NCBI RefSeq assembly: GCF_004010195.1
Contig: NC_057717.1
Coordinates: 103,674,631-103,738,630, forward strand
Reading direction: 5' to 3'
Source: Chiloscyllium plagiosum
Taxonomy: Eukaryota
DNA length: 64,000 nucleotides
Of this stretch, positions 50,831-61,627 are shown one piece after another (position 1 is the first letter of the stretch; the number at the start of each line of letters is the position of its first letter). The notes under the pieces are model-generated. The model ran no database searches, was not told the DNA's origin, and saw only the letters and a list, made by a program, of their open reading frames with translations. A program made the position numbers and the translations under genes.

Positions 50831-52734
50831 TGGCTTTCTCCCCCAGCCGTTGCCGACTGGAGGTAAAATGGAAAAGAATAAAATTGCGAACCGAGAGAGA
50901 AATAATCCAAATCATAAATAAAAGAAACTGAGATGGAACAGATGAGCTCTGGTCCAACCTCCCTATGGAGGCACTCCAAGGTTCTGTCAGTGTTTGCTCG
51001 ATCAACCCTTGGCTATATCGAGCACTCCTCAAATCTCTTGACCCAGCGGCAGCCTTCGATGTGGTTGACTGCCCCACCCTTTCCGAGGCCTCTCTGCTGG
51101 CATCCCACTGGGCTGGGACTGTTTGTGGTATCCTGGATGTAAGCTATCTGATCTCCTCTGGCCCCAGGCTGTGGGTGTTGGCTGAATTCCCAATCAATCT
51201 AATTCTGATGGTCGCGCAAACCATCACACAGCCTCGAGTCACTGAGGTCGATAGCACGGAGAAAGACCCTTCGGCCCATCGTGTCAATTTTAGGGTGAAA
51301 GGTTTGAGGGGGTTTCAAGGGAGCAGTTTTTTGCCCAGAGGGTGGTGGGGGGGTTGTCTGTAATGCTCTCCCTGGGAGGGTAGTTAAGACAGGAAACTTC
51401 TCAATGTCACAACATTCAGGACTATGGGCCTAGTTCAGGAAAGTGGGATTCATGTCATGTGGGTTTAGTAGTATGGGCTTGATGGGCCAAAGGTCCTCTT
51501 CTGTGCCTAATGAATCTCTGAGTGTGCACCAACCGAAAACCACCTAACTATTCCAGCTATACACGTGTTAGCCTTGGCATCACAAGGGTCCAAAGTCATT
51601 GCCAGAGAAGACTGCGAAAGGTCAGGTCATTGAGTATCTTTCAGACAGAGATAGAGAGGTTCTTGAGTATCAAGAGGATCAAAGGGTTACAGGAGAAAGT
51701 AGGAGAATGGGGCTGAGAAACTTTGTCAGCCTTGACCCGATGGGCTGAATGGTGTAATTTCTGCTCCGATGGATTATGGTTTAATGCACATCTAAATACT
51801 TGTCCAAACTGTCGCCCACCCCCACAGGTAGTGGGTTCCGGATTGTCAGCATTCTCTGAGTGAAAACATGCCCCTTGCACCCTGTGAAAACCTCCTGTCC
51901 CTTCCCTTCAACCTATGGGAGACGGTATTTCCTGTCAATGCCCCTTGACCAGAAGACCCTCAGTCTATAGCCTCCCCTCCTGCTTTTGCACCATTATCTC
52001 TGGTGTCACCCAAAGCTCTATCGCTATCCCCTTCCAATCTACCTGCAGCTTTCTCTGGCATTGGTTGCAGGCCTCGTACGTAGGCCGAGCAGCTTGACCT
52101 CACTCACACCTGTCATTTCCATCCTTGGCTGTAAAAAGGCGCCATATAAATGCAAGTCCTTCCTTCAAAGGCTTCCCCTCGGTGACCATTCGTCCAAATC
52201 CTTGTCCGGCTCCAATCTGTGGTGGGACACTTGAATGACCCAATGCTACCTCTCAACAACCCACCCCTCCTTCCCCCCACCGCACCGCCCCGTGAAAAGC
52301 TCAAGTTATTCTGCGGAGCTCAAGTAGTTCACGCTTGTGGGTTTTTCACCCCTTGACTTTTTAAATCTATTTTCTTTGAGCACTGTGTCATATGCAGGGG
52401 TATCTGACTCGCTGAAGAGCTAACAACAAGAATGTGCATTGATGTAGCACTTTTAACAGAAAGTGGGGGGAACTGAGTTGTAGAACCCAGGTATCAAGCT
52501 GGGAAACTCTGTGCACTACCGAGGGAGAGCTGCACTGTTGGCAGTTCTATCTTTCAGGTGCGGTGACCTTTCAACGGCTGGTGAAAAACCCCACGGCCTC
52601 ATTTTGAAGAGGAACAGAGTTCTGGCTCATTTTTACCCATGGCTGGGGATGAGAAGGGGATCACCTGATCGTCATCTCATTGCCGTTCATGGGAGCTTGC
52701 TGTGTGCAAATAGGGTGGCACCTTTCCTACGTGG

Positions 52735-53300
52735 CAGATTGAGTTTAATTTGGATAAACGCGAGGTATTGCATTTGGTAAAAACATACCAGGGCAGGAGT
52801 TACACAATCGGTGCTAAGGTCCGGGTAGTGCTGTAAAACAGAGAGACCTCAGGAACATAATTCTTTGAAGTTTGCGTCACAGGTACGCAGGGTGGTTAAG
52901 AAGGCGTTTAGCGCTTAGCCTTCATTGCTCAGATTTTTGAGTGTAGGAGTTGGGACATCAAGTTGAGGACATGAGTGAGGCCTCTTCTGGAGCACTGTGT
53001 ACAGGAAGGATATCATTAAATTAGAGAGGGTTCAGAAAAGATTTACCAGGATGGAGGGTTTGACGTATGCAAATAATCTGGAAAGGCCTGGTCCTGTTTC
53101 CAGGAGCTGAGGAGGTTAAATTGTGAACTCACTGAGGTTTATAAAATCATGAGGGGCACAGAGAAGGTGAATGACAGAGGTCTTTTCCCTAATGTGTGGG
53201 AGTTCAAAACCAGGGGGCATTATTTTTAAGATGAGGGGGAGAAAGATTTAAAAAGGATATGAGGGCCGACTTTGTTTACATAGAGAGTGGTTTGTATGTG
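52735..53300 (+). mobile_element. CR1 LINE fragment
   Basis: Degenerate VVKKAF, LERVQKRFTRM and EVYKIMRG segments. Confidence 0.8.
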
Positions 53301-53539
53301 GAATTAAATTGAATTAGCTTTATCTTCACTCATAGTCGTGTGTGTACAGTGAAATGTTTATCAGTGACCACTTACAGCACCATCTTATGTACAGAGTACT
53401 AGGTATAATCCTTAGTTACAGAATAGAGGATTTAGGAAAATGGTTACAGCACAGCTATACACAGTATGATCAGAGGTCAGAAACACAAGAAGCAAAGTTA
53501 AAAAGACAAAGCATCACGTTCTCTCTGCAGCAGACCAAC

Positions 53540-53843
53540 ACAGCGGGCCTCCTGACTGCTGTTACACTGGGCCACAGTCCAGGTTCGATCCAACCCTCGG
53601 GTGTCTGTGTGGGGTTTGCACATTCGCCCCGTGGGTTTCCTCCCACAGTCCAAAGATGTGCAGCTTAGGTGGATTGGCCGTGCTACATTATGCCGTAGTG
53701 TCCAGCCTATTAACACAGGAAATGCAGAGTGGGTCTAGGTCGGTGTGGACTAGATGGGCCGAATGGCCTGCTTCCACACTACAGGGATCGAAGGCTGGAA
53801 TCGAACCCGGGTACCCAGCGCCGTGAGGGAGCAGTGCTAGCCA
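53540..53843. mobile_element. Degenerate HE1-type SINE (+) abutting an inverted HE1 tRNA head (-)
   Basis: V-domain and tail at 53600-53790; GGCTGGAATCGAACCCGGG...CCACTGAGCCACCG at 53793-53843. Confidence 0.8.
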
Positions 53844-54097
53844 CTGAGCCACCGCATCGCCCCCTTGGTGAGTGCCTTGTGCAGAAGTGAAGAGATTGTG
53901 AGGGAATTCCAGATGTGGAGTGGTGGGCGGTTATGTCCCAGCAGCTATCCAAGTCCTGCAGCTCATACGCGGCACATCCAGCCCGACAGCCTCACCTTGG
54001 TGAAGTGGGAACTGTGCCCGTGATTGTCTGACTCCGGCCAGGTGATGCCCTGACACGTCCCTGGTTGCCCTTTAAGAATGGCTTGCCTCACCCCTGC

Positions 54098-54550
54098 GTG
54101 ACTCAGCAGAAAAAGCAAAACCGTTGCGAGGGGGAATGACGGCCCGTAAAACGAGCAGGCTGTGCCTCCAGAACCCTCCTTACCTCTGTCTCCCTGAGCG
54201 ATCGCTCCCGATGACTGAGTGTAGAGAGTAGGGCAGCCTGCAGACAATGGAGTAAATGGTCAGGCAATAGCTGGAACTCCATGGGTCCTGGGTGCCACTC
54301 CCTGGGCTAAGGCACTACAGTGACTCAGCATTCCTCTTCGCCCCGAAGGGATTCTGCACTGTCACGGGCTCGTTCATTGTCCCCGAACACAACAGTGACT
54401 CAGCATTCCTCACGCATTGTCACTTGGACACGAATGAAAAGGCAGGAATTCTGCACTGTCATGGTTAGTTCATTCACTCGGTGCCCAGTAATGAGTCAAC
54501 TAACTGATTGTGACAGATTTCCCTCCCGGGCTAGAGGCACATGACAGTGC
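54098..54550. promoter_or_regulatory. Cluster of antioxidant response elements (NRF2/NF-E2-sMAF sites, RTGACnnnGC)
   Basis: GTGACTCAGCA at 54098, 54320 and 54395 (+). GTGACAGTGCA at 54355-54365, GTGACAATGCG at 54413-54423 and ATGACAGTGCA at 54452-54462 (-). ATGACAGTGC at 54541 (+). AP-1 site TGAGTCA at 54492. GCLM is an established NRF2 target. Confidence 0.85.
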
Positions 54551-54676
54551 TGGCTATCGGTTGCACGCTCAGTTCATTGACTGAGTGCCCAGCAGTGAGT
54601 CCCACCCACTGGAGCGGACTGTTCAGTCCTTAAACTCTGTGCTTTCTTCTGGCTGGTTCCTCGCCTGTATTTCCCC

Positions 54677-54730
54677 TGACGTGGGTGTGCCTCAGTGATG
54701 CCTTAGAGCAGGAATTCCCTGTTTATAAAC
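54677..54730 (+). promoter_or_regulatory. Putative core promoter of the GCLM-like gene (TATA box with CRE-like, CACCC and NF-kB-like motifs)
   Basis: TATAAA at 54724-54729, ~135 bp upstream of the ATG with no intervening ATG; TGACGTG at 54677; GGGTGTG at ~54683; GGAATTCCC at 54711. Confidence 0.6.
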
Positions 54731-54861
54731 CGATTAGAGGAGAGGAATTACTTGTGGCTCTACTAGTGTTTGAGGAACTCTGTTAGAATCAACACAGCTG
54801 AACTCACTCAGATAAAAGCCAGCACCTCCAGCACTTTCCAGAAAGCACCTTGCCGGCAAAC

Positions 54862-54892
54862 ATGACTGAAGACAAGAACGAAATCTTTAATC
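54862..54892 (+). CDS. GCLM: GCLM-like, start of first coding exon (MTEDKNEIFN...), truncated by an assembly gap
   Basis: First ATG downstream of the TATA box at 54724, in good Kozak context (GCAAACATGA), and directly upstream of the exon-2 equivalent. The conserved exon-1 motif (HLQTGNLLNWG) is not visible and would fall in the N run. A candidate donor CAG|GTTTGT lies just after the gap at 55406/55407. Confidence 0.6.
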
Positions 54893-55392
54893 NNNNNNNN
54901 NNNNNNNNNNNNNNNNNNNNNNNNNNNNNNNNNNNNNNNNNNNNNNNNNNNNNNNNNNNNNNNNNNNNNNNNNNNNNNNNNNNNNNNNNNNNNNNNNNNN
55001 NNNNNNNNNNNNNNNNNNNNNNNNNNNNNNNNNNNNNNNNNNNNNNNNNNNNNNNNNNNNNNNNNNNNNNNNNNNNNNNNNNNNNNNNNNNNNNNNNNNN
55101 NNNNNNNNNNNNNNNNNNNNNNNNNNNNNNNNNNNNNNNNNNNNNNNNNNNNNNNNNNNNNNNNNNNNNNNNNNNNNNNNNNNNNNNNNNNNNNNNNNNN
55201 NNNNNNNNNNNNNNNNNNNNNNNNNNNNNNNNNNNNNNNNNNNNNNNNNNNNNNNNNNNNNNNNNNNNNNNNNNNNNNNNNNNNNNNNNNNNNNNNNNNN
55301 NNNNNNNNNNNNNNNNNNNNNNNNNNNNNNNNNNNNNNNNNNNNNNNNNNNNNNNNNNNNNNNNNNNNNNNNNNNNNNNNNNNNNNNNNNNN
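54893..55392. other. Assembly gap (500 N) within GCLM-like exon 1
   Basis: Run of N. Confidence 1.
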
Positions 55393-55663
55393 GTCTATCA
55401 CACCAGGTTTGTGTTATTGACAGAGCTCTGGGCTCCACTTCCTAATTCACTCTATCTCTTTCTCCTTACTTACTTGCCCTCCTATTGACCAAGATTCCAA
55501 TTATATGTCCCCATATCTCGCAAAGGGTCTCCACAAGCCAGCGGTGCTTGATAATGCCTCCTGGGACACTGAACATGCTATATAAATGCAGGTTGATGTT
55601 GTTACTCTGGGGTGGCCCATCTCTCCACCTTTCGCTACCAAGCCCCTCTGATCTCTTTTCCAG

Positions 55664-55735
55664 GTCCTGGATTGTCTCAAGGCTGCTTTGTGTGACTGGG
55701 GTTCAAAGTGCAACTCTGATCGACCGGAAGGGAAG
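55664..55735 (+). CDS. GCLM: GCLM-like exon 2
   Basis: Polypyrimidine tract and TTTTCCAG| acceptor; VLDCLKAALCDWGSKCNSDRPEGK; |GTGAGT donor; phase 0-0. Aligns by eye with mammalian GCLM LHDCIQKTLNEWSSQINPDLVR. Confidence 0.85.
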
Positions 55736-55859
55736 GTGAGTCTTCATCCTTGGCTACCATGCATCCCAGGCTCTGCTCAGAACTGCAGTGACCTCTCGGG
55801 ACGCTGTGTTCCGATAAGACGCAATGTCAACTTAGGAGAAATCAATCTGCCCTCGCATT

Positions 55860-56165
55860 TTAGATTAGATTAGATTCCCTACAGTGTGGAAACAGGCCCT
55901 TCGGCCCAATAAGTCCACACCGACCCTCTGAAGACTAACCCACCCAGACCCATTTCCCTCTGACTAATGCATCTAACAGTACGGGCAATTTAGCATGGCC
56001 ACTTCACCTGACCTACACATCATTGGATTGTGGGAGGAAACCGGAGCATCCGGAGGAAACCCACGCAGACACGGGGAGAATGTGCAAACTCCACGCAGAC
56101 AGTCCCCCAAGGCTGGAATTGAACCTGGGTCCCTGGTGCTGTGAGACAGCAGTGCTAACCACTGA
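55860..56165 (-). mobile_element. HE1-type SINE in GCLM-like intron 2
   Basis: Reverse-complement match with a (TTAGA)n tail. Confidence 0.88.
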
Positions 56166-56526
56166 CCTTCCCACCTCAACACCATAATCGCTGCCCCCAC
56201 TTTAGTGTCATTGCCAATTGTTTATTGACCCTCATTGGGATGGGTCATTATTGGCAAAGCTAACGTTAGTAATCCTTCCTTCCTGCGATTCACACCTCAT
56301 CGTTTACTCCCTTACTTGGACAAATAAGCTGGAGCCTCTGGCTGGGAATATCTCAGGCTTTGTACCTGAGAGATCTTCATCTTTTGGGTCCCCCCCCATA
56401 TCTGAGGAAGGATGTTCTGGCAAAGGAGGGAGTGCAGAGAAGGTTAACCAGACTGGATTCCTGGGATCAGGATTAGAGTGGTGCTGGAAAAGCTCAGCAG
56501 GTGAGGCAGCATCCGGGGAGCAGGAA

Positions 56527-56562
56527 AATCGACGTTTCGGGCATAAGCCCTTCATCAGGAAT
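56527..56562 (-). ncRNA. Minimal hammerhead ribozyme motif (Penelope-derived), in GCLM-like intron 2
   Basis: Minus strand reads ATTC-CTGATGA-A-GGGC-TTAT-GCCC-GAAAC-GTC-GATT; core intact, one mismatch in stem I. Confidence 0.65.
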
Positions 56563-57963
56563 GGGATGGCAGGACTGACATAAGAAAACAGACTGGATCA
56601 GTTTAGGATTCTATTTGCCGGAGTCTTGAAGATTGAGGTGGGGGTGATCTCATAGAAACCTGTGAAATGCTAACAGGCCAAGACAGGGGGAACATGGGAA
56701 GGATGTTCCCAATGACCATGTAGAGTCAAGAACCAGCAGGTCATGGTCTGAGGATACAGGGTAGGCCATTTGGGACTGAGCTGAGAACTGTCTTCGCCCA
56801 GCGAGAGGGGGGAGGGGGGGGTGGTCTGAGGCTTTCTCTGCTACAGGAAGCAATTGAAATCAAAGCACTGAAGATTTGTGAGAAGGAGTTAGATATAGTT
56901 CTGAGGGCTAAAGGAAGAAAGGAGAACAGGGGACTGAGTTGGATGGTTAGCCATGATCCTGATGAATGGCACACCAGGTTTGAAGGGCCGGTTCTTGTTT
57001 TCAGTGTTTAATCTCTCCCGATCATAGATCTCCTCTGTTTCCCCAGTGGATCGCTGCCAGTCTCAGGCCCACAGCTGGGAAAATTGAATCAGCCACGATC
57101 CTATTGTATGCCTGGGAGGGCTTACCACAACTAGACACAGGAGGGGTGGACCTGAGAGAAGTCATTTCCCCTTGACCCTTGACCCTGCCTTCTCCACCCT
57201 CTGATCATCAGCTCTCACGCTGATTGGTGGAGCAATCGATCACTGAGCATCCCTTGACGACATTTCATTGGCTCACCCCTAGCCAGCATTGAGGGTCCAC
57301 CAGCCTTCCCTGATTGGATAGTGGACCTGTTCCCTGGCCTTGGATTGACTGAGATGTTGTAAAGAGACCAGAGGCACCTGCAGTATTTGGCTTTCACTCC
57401 CACCCCTCTGGGGCTCACGTTCCACCTCTCCATGGCGTTGGCTGTTTCTTGGGTATATTTTTAATCTCTAAGCCACCTCATCCTCCCACCCGGTTTAATG
57501 CCGTCTGCAAGCTCAGATAGCTGGGCTCCAAGCACTGAGCGCTGTGCTAAGATCACCAAAGTCCCACTCCCTCATTAGAGAGAGGGGTAACTGTTTAAAC
57601 CTGGGGCTCACCACACCTTAGGGAAGGGGTGAGGTTGAGATGACAGGATGTTCACAGCCACCCCAGCAGACATGGGCATTGAACCTATGCTGTCAGAGTC
57701 ACTTTGACCATCACAATCCAGTCATCCAGCCAACTGAGCTAACCGATCAATCACTGCCCATCGCTCACAAAAAGGCCTGTTTATTTCTAAGCCTCGTTTC
57801 CTTGTCTATCTCTAACCATGAGTAAGAGAAAGACTAAAGATAAGAATTCAAAAGCATTCGATCTCTTTATTTGGTTGGTTGTTATTCTGTTTAACATCGG
57901 TTTAGTTATTAACACTGCCTTTTTATTTATCTCCCGCGTCTCTCTACTGACCAGTTTCACCAG

Positions 57964-58048
57964 GCGTTACCCGAGCACCTGGTCTGTAACCTGATTCAAC
58001 CGACAGAGAGGATTGACCCTGATGAGAGAGAGGATATCCGGATATCAG
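57964..58048 (+). CDS. GCLM: GCLM-like exon 3
   Basis: CAG| acceptor; ALPEHLVCNLIQPTERIDPDEREDIRIS plus G; |GTAGGT donor; 85 nt, phase 0-1. Matches GCLM ...EKINPDEREEMKVS. An in-frame alternative acceptor 9 nt upstream (CCAG ending 57954) would add FHQ. Confidence 0.9.
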
Positions 58049-58505
58049 GTAGGTGCTCCATCAGGGAGAGGCACTGTCCGCCTAGTTACAGAGCTCGCGA
58101 ATCAAGGGCTGCTATTGACAGGGACAAGAGGCATTCCATCCACTGAGCTAACCATTAACACTGGGCAAAGGTGAAACACATCAGTCCTCCATCTTCAGGA
58201 GGAGTGGCACAGTTACCATCAGAAATGGGAACAGGATGAGGCCATTCAGCCCCTCAGGCCTGCTCTGCCATTCAATAGGATCACCGCTGATCGTGCCCTT
58301 TCCCTGGAACCCTGGATTCCCTGAATGGTCAGGAATCTATCTCATCCTTAAATATACAGAAGGGCTCTGCCCCCACCGCTCCCTGTGGCAAGGTGTTCCA
58401 AAGTCTCCCAGCCCTCAGAGAGAAGATGTTCCTCCTCAGCTCAGGCTTACATTGGTGCCCCGTGATTCTGAGACTGTGCCCCAATCCGTGACTCTCCCTA
58501 TCACT

Positions 58506-59109
58506 GTCACCTCCTCCAGCCCCTACATCCCCTCCCTATCTCTGTAAACCTCCTCCAGCCTCTACACCCCCTCCCTATCTCTGTAACCTTCCCCAGCACC
58601 TACACCCCCTCCCTATCTCTGTAACCTTCCCCAGCACCTACACCCCCTCCCTATCTCTGTAACCTTCCCCAGCACCTACACCCCCTCCCTATCTCTGTAA
58701 CCTTCCCCAGCACCTACACCCCCTCCCTATCTCTGTAACCTTCCCCAGCACCTACACCCCCTCCCTATCTCTGTAACCTTCCCCAGCACCTACACCCCCT
58801 CCCTATCTCTGTAACCTTCCCCAGCACCTACACCCCCTCCCTATCTCTGTAACCTTCCCCAGCACCTACACCCCCTCCCTATCTCTGTAACCTTCCCCAG
58901 CACCTACACCCCCTCCCTATCTCTGTAACCTTCCCCAGCACCTACACCCCCTCCCTATCTCTGTAACCTTCCCCAGCACCTACACCCCCTCCCTATCTCT
59001 GTAACCTTCCCCAGCACCTACACCCCCTCCCTATCTCTGTAATCTCCTCCAGCCCCTACACCTCCTCCCTATCTCTGTCACCTCCTCCAGCCCCTACACC
59101 CCCTCCCTA
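58506..59109 (+). repeat. 38-bp minisatellite (TACACCCCCTCCCTATCTCTGTAACCTTCCCCAGCACC) in GCLM-like intron 3
   Basis: Near-identical units recur every 38 bp (58563, 58601, 58639...) and run into an N gap. Degenerate units (CCCTATCTCTGTAACCTCCTCCAGCCCCTAC, PYLCNLLQPY) resemble an L2-type LINE C-terminus. Confidence 0.93.
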
Positions 59110-59900
59110 NNNNNNNNNNNNNNNNNNNNNNNNNNNNNNNNNNNNNNNNNNNNNNNNNNNNNNNNNNNNNNNNNNNNNNNNNNNNNNNNNNNNNNNNNNN
59201 NNNNNNNNNNNNNNNNNNNNNNNNNNNNNNNNNNNNNNNNNNNNNNNNNNNNNNNNNNNNNNNNNNNNNNNNNNNNNNNNNNNNNNNNNNNNNNNNNNNN
59301 NNNNNNNNNNNNNNNNNNNNNNNNNNNNNNNNNNNNNNNNNNNNNNNNNNNNNNNNNNNNNNNNNNNNNNNNNNNNNNNNNNNNNNNNNNNNNNNNNNNN
59401 NNNNNNNNNNNNNNNNNNNNNNNNNNNNNNNNNNNNNNNNNNNNNNNNNNNNNNNNNNNNNNNNNNNNNNNNNNNNNNNNNNNNNNNNNNNNNNNNNNNN
59501 NNNNNNNNNNNNNNNNNNNNNNNNNNNNNNNNNNNNNNNNNNNNNNNNNNNNNNNNNNNNNNNNNNNNNNNNNNNNNNNNNNNNNNNNNNNNNNNNNNNN
59601 NNNNNNNNNNNNNNNNNNNNNNNNNNNNNNNNNNNNNNNNNNNNNNNNNNNNNNNNNNNNNNNNNNNNNNNNNNNNNNNNNNNNNNNNNNNNNNNNNNNN
59701 NNNNNNNNNNNNNNNNNNNNNNNNNNNNNNNNNNNNNNNNNNNNNNNNNNNNNNNNNNNNNNNNNNNNNNNNNNNNNNNNNNNNNNNNNNNNNNNNNNNN
59801 NNNNNNNNNNNNNNNNNNNNNNNNNNNNNNNNNNNNNNNNNNNNNNNNNNNNNNNNNNNNNNNNNNNNNNNNNNNNNNNNNNNNNNNNNNNNNNNNNNNN
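59110..59900. other. Assembly gap (N) after the 38-bp minisatellite
   Basis: Run of N. Confidence 1.
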
Positions 59901-60365
59901 CTCATAATTTTGTAAACCTCTATAAGGTCACCCCTCAGCCTCCGACGCTCCAGGGAAAACAGCCCCAGCCTGTCCAGCCTCTCCCTATAGCTCAAACCCT
60001 CCAACCCTGGCAACATCCTTGTAAATCTTTTCTGAACCCTTTCAAGTTTCACAGCATCTTTCCGATAGGAAGGAGACCAGAATTGCACGCAATATTCCAA
60101 TAGTGGCCTAACCAATGTCCTGTACAGCCACAACATGACCTCCCAATTCCTGTGCTCAATACTCTGACCAATAAAGGAAAGCATACCAAACGCCTTCTTC
60201 ACTATCCTATCTACCTGCGACTCCACTGCCTGCACTCCAAGGTCTCTTTGTTCAGCAACACTCCCTAGGACTTTACCATTAAGTGTATAAGTCCTGCTCA
60301 GATTTGCCTTTCCACAATGGAGCACCTTCCAATTTTCTAAATTAAACTCCATCTGGCACTCCTCA
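59901..60365 (-). mobile_element. CR1 (HER1-like) LINE fragment
   Basis: LYRTLVRPLLEYCVQFWSPSYRKDAVKLERVQKRFTRMLPG. Confidence 0.92.
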
Positions 60366-60503
60366 AAGATAGGGAGGGGGTGTAGGGCCTGGAGGAGGTT
60401 ACAGAGATAGAGAGGAGTGCAGGGCTGGAGGGGTTGACTGAGATAGGAATCTGTTTACTTTAATTGCTTGTACTTCCTGACCTCATATTTCTCCTTCCCA
60501 CAG

Positions 60504-60560
60504 CCAAACTGTTCATCTGTCAATCTGACTTAAGGACTGTTAAGGAGGCGGTGATGTGTG
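60504..60560 (+). CDS. GCLM: GCLM-like exon 4
   Basis: CTCCTTCCCACAG| acceptor; (A)KLFICQSDLRTVKEAVMC; |GTAAGT donor; phase 1-1. The AKLFI motif is typical of GCLM. Confidence 0.92.
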
Positions 60561-61627
60561 GTAAGTGAGATTGCCAGTTGGGAGAACCATAAGAGAGGGG
60601 TCTGTCCTCTGTCTGTTTTGTGTGTCTGGGACTGTCAGAGACATTGACATTACAACTGAGCTCTTTACTATGAATTTCCCAGAATCTGCAGGATTTGCCT
60701 GAGATTTCTCTTTGAGATGCTGTTGATAACGGTGTACATGGTCAAGACAATGTCTCTTCAGCCTTCCCTCCAGAGTTGAGCACAGGGTTTAACCTCCCTG
60801 TCCAGTGCACTGCTGGGAGAGGGCTACATTGCAGCTGGTGCTGGGAAATTATACCAAGGTGTTCACCCACAGCTCCCATCCAACTGCTCCTGGATAACAG
60901 GCAGCAGAGTCACCATCTCAATGTGAACCCAGAACTCGCTTTTACCCCTGGGCCGCATTCATGACCTGACACCTCTTCACACCGGGCCCTTTGCTGTGTC
61001 TGGGATCCTGCTGTGCACAGGCGGGCTACTGTGGTTGCCTGGGAAAACGCAGAGAAAAGGTCGTGGATATGGCATAAAGTTCTGCTGTGCAACCTCTCTT
61101 GTCCGGTGACCGTTACCTTCAACGGGCTGAATGGCCTCCGTCGGGCCAATCATGACTCCTTGAGGGTCCCTCAGCACATGTCCCAGATCCTCGCTGAAGG
61201 TTAGAAATGGTTCTCCTGTTCCAGCACCTTATTGGGCCAGCAGTGTTCCCTCCAACCTCAGCCTCCATGAGCATCCTCCTCAGCTGTGGGTGCTCCGACC
61301 CCAGAGGAATCCGCTGCCACTCACCTTAGCAATCACCCTGTGTTGTGCGGTTGCCAGCAAGTCCTTGGAAATCTCCTCCTAAATGTATCAAGAATGGTGG
61401 GGGGAGGGGTTCAGTTACAGATTCTCCCCCTCAGCATGGACCCCCTCCAAATGTAATTCTGGTGGGTCCTAAACTCTGGTGTTCACTGTCAAAATATGTG
61501 GTGCTGGAAAAACACAGCAGGTCAGGCAGCATCCGCAGAGCAGGAGAGTCAATGTTTTAAGCATAAGCCCTGTTCACCATCCACCAACGTGCAACTTCCC
61601 TTAATCTCAGGGGTCTGTTCACCATCA

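Noticed and set aside
59078..60352. 424-aa ORF and other X-rich ORFs
   Set aside because: Artefacts of N gaps joined to CR1 sequence.
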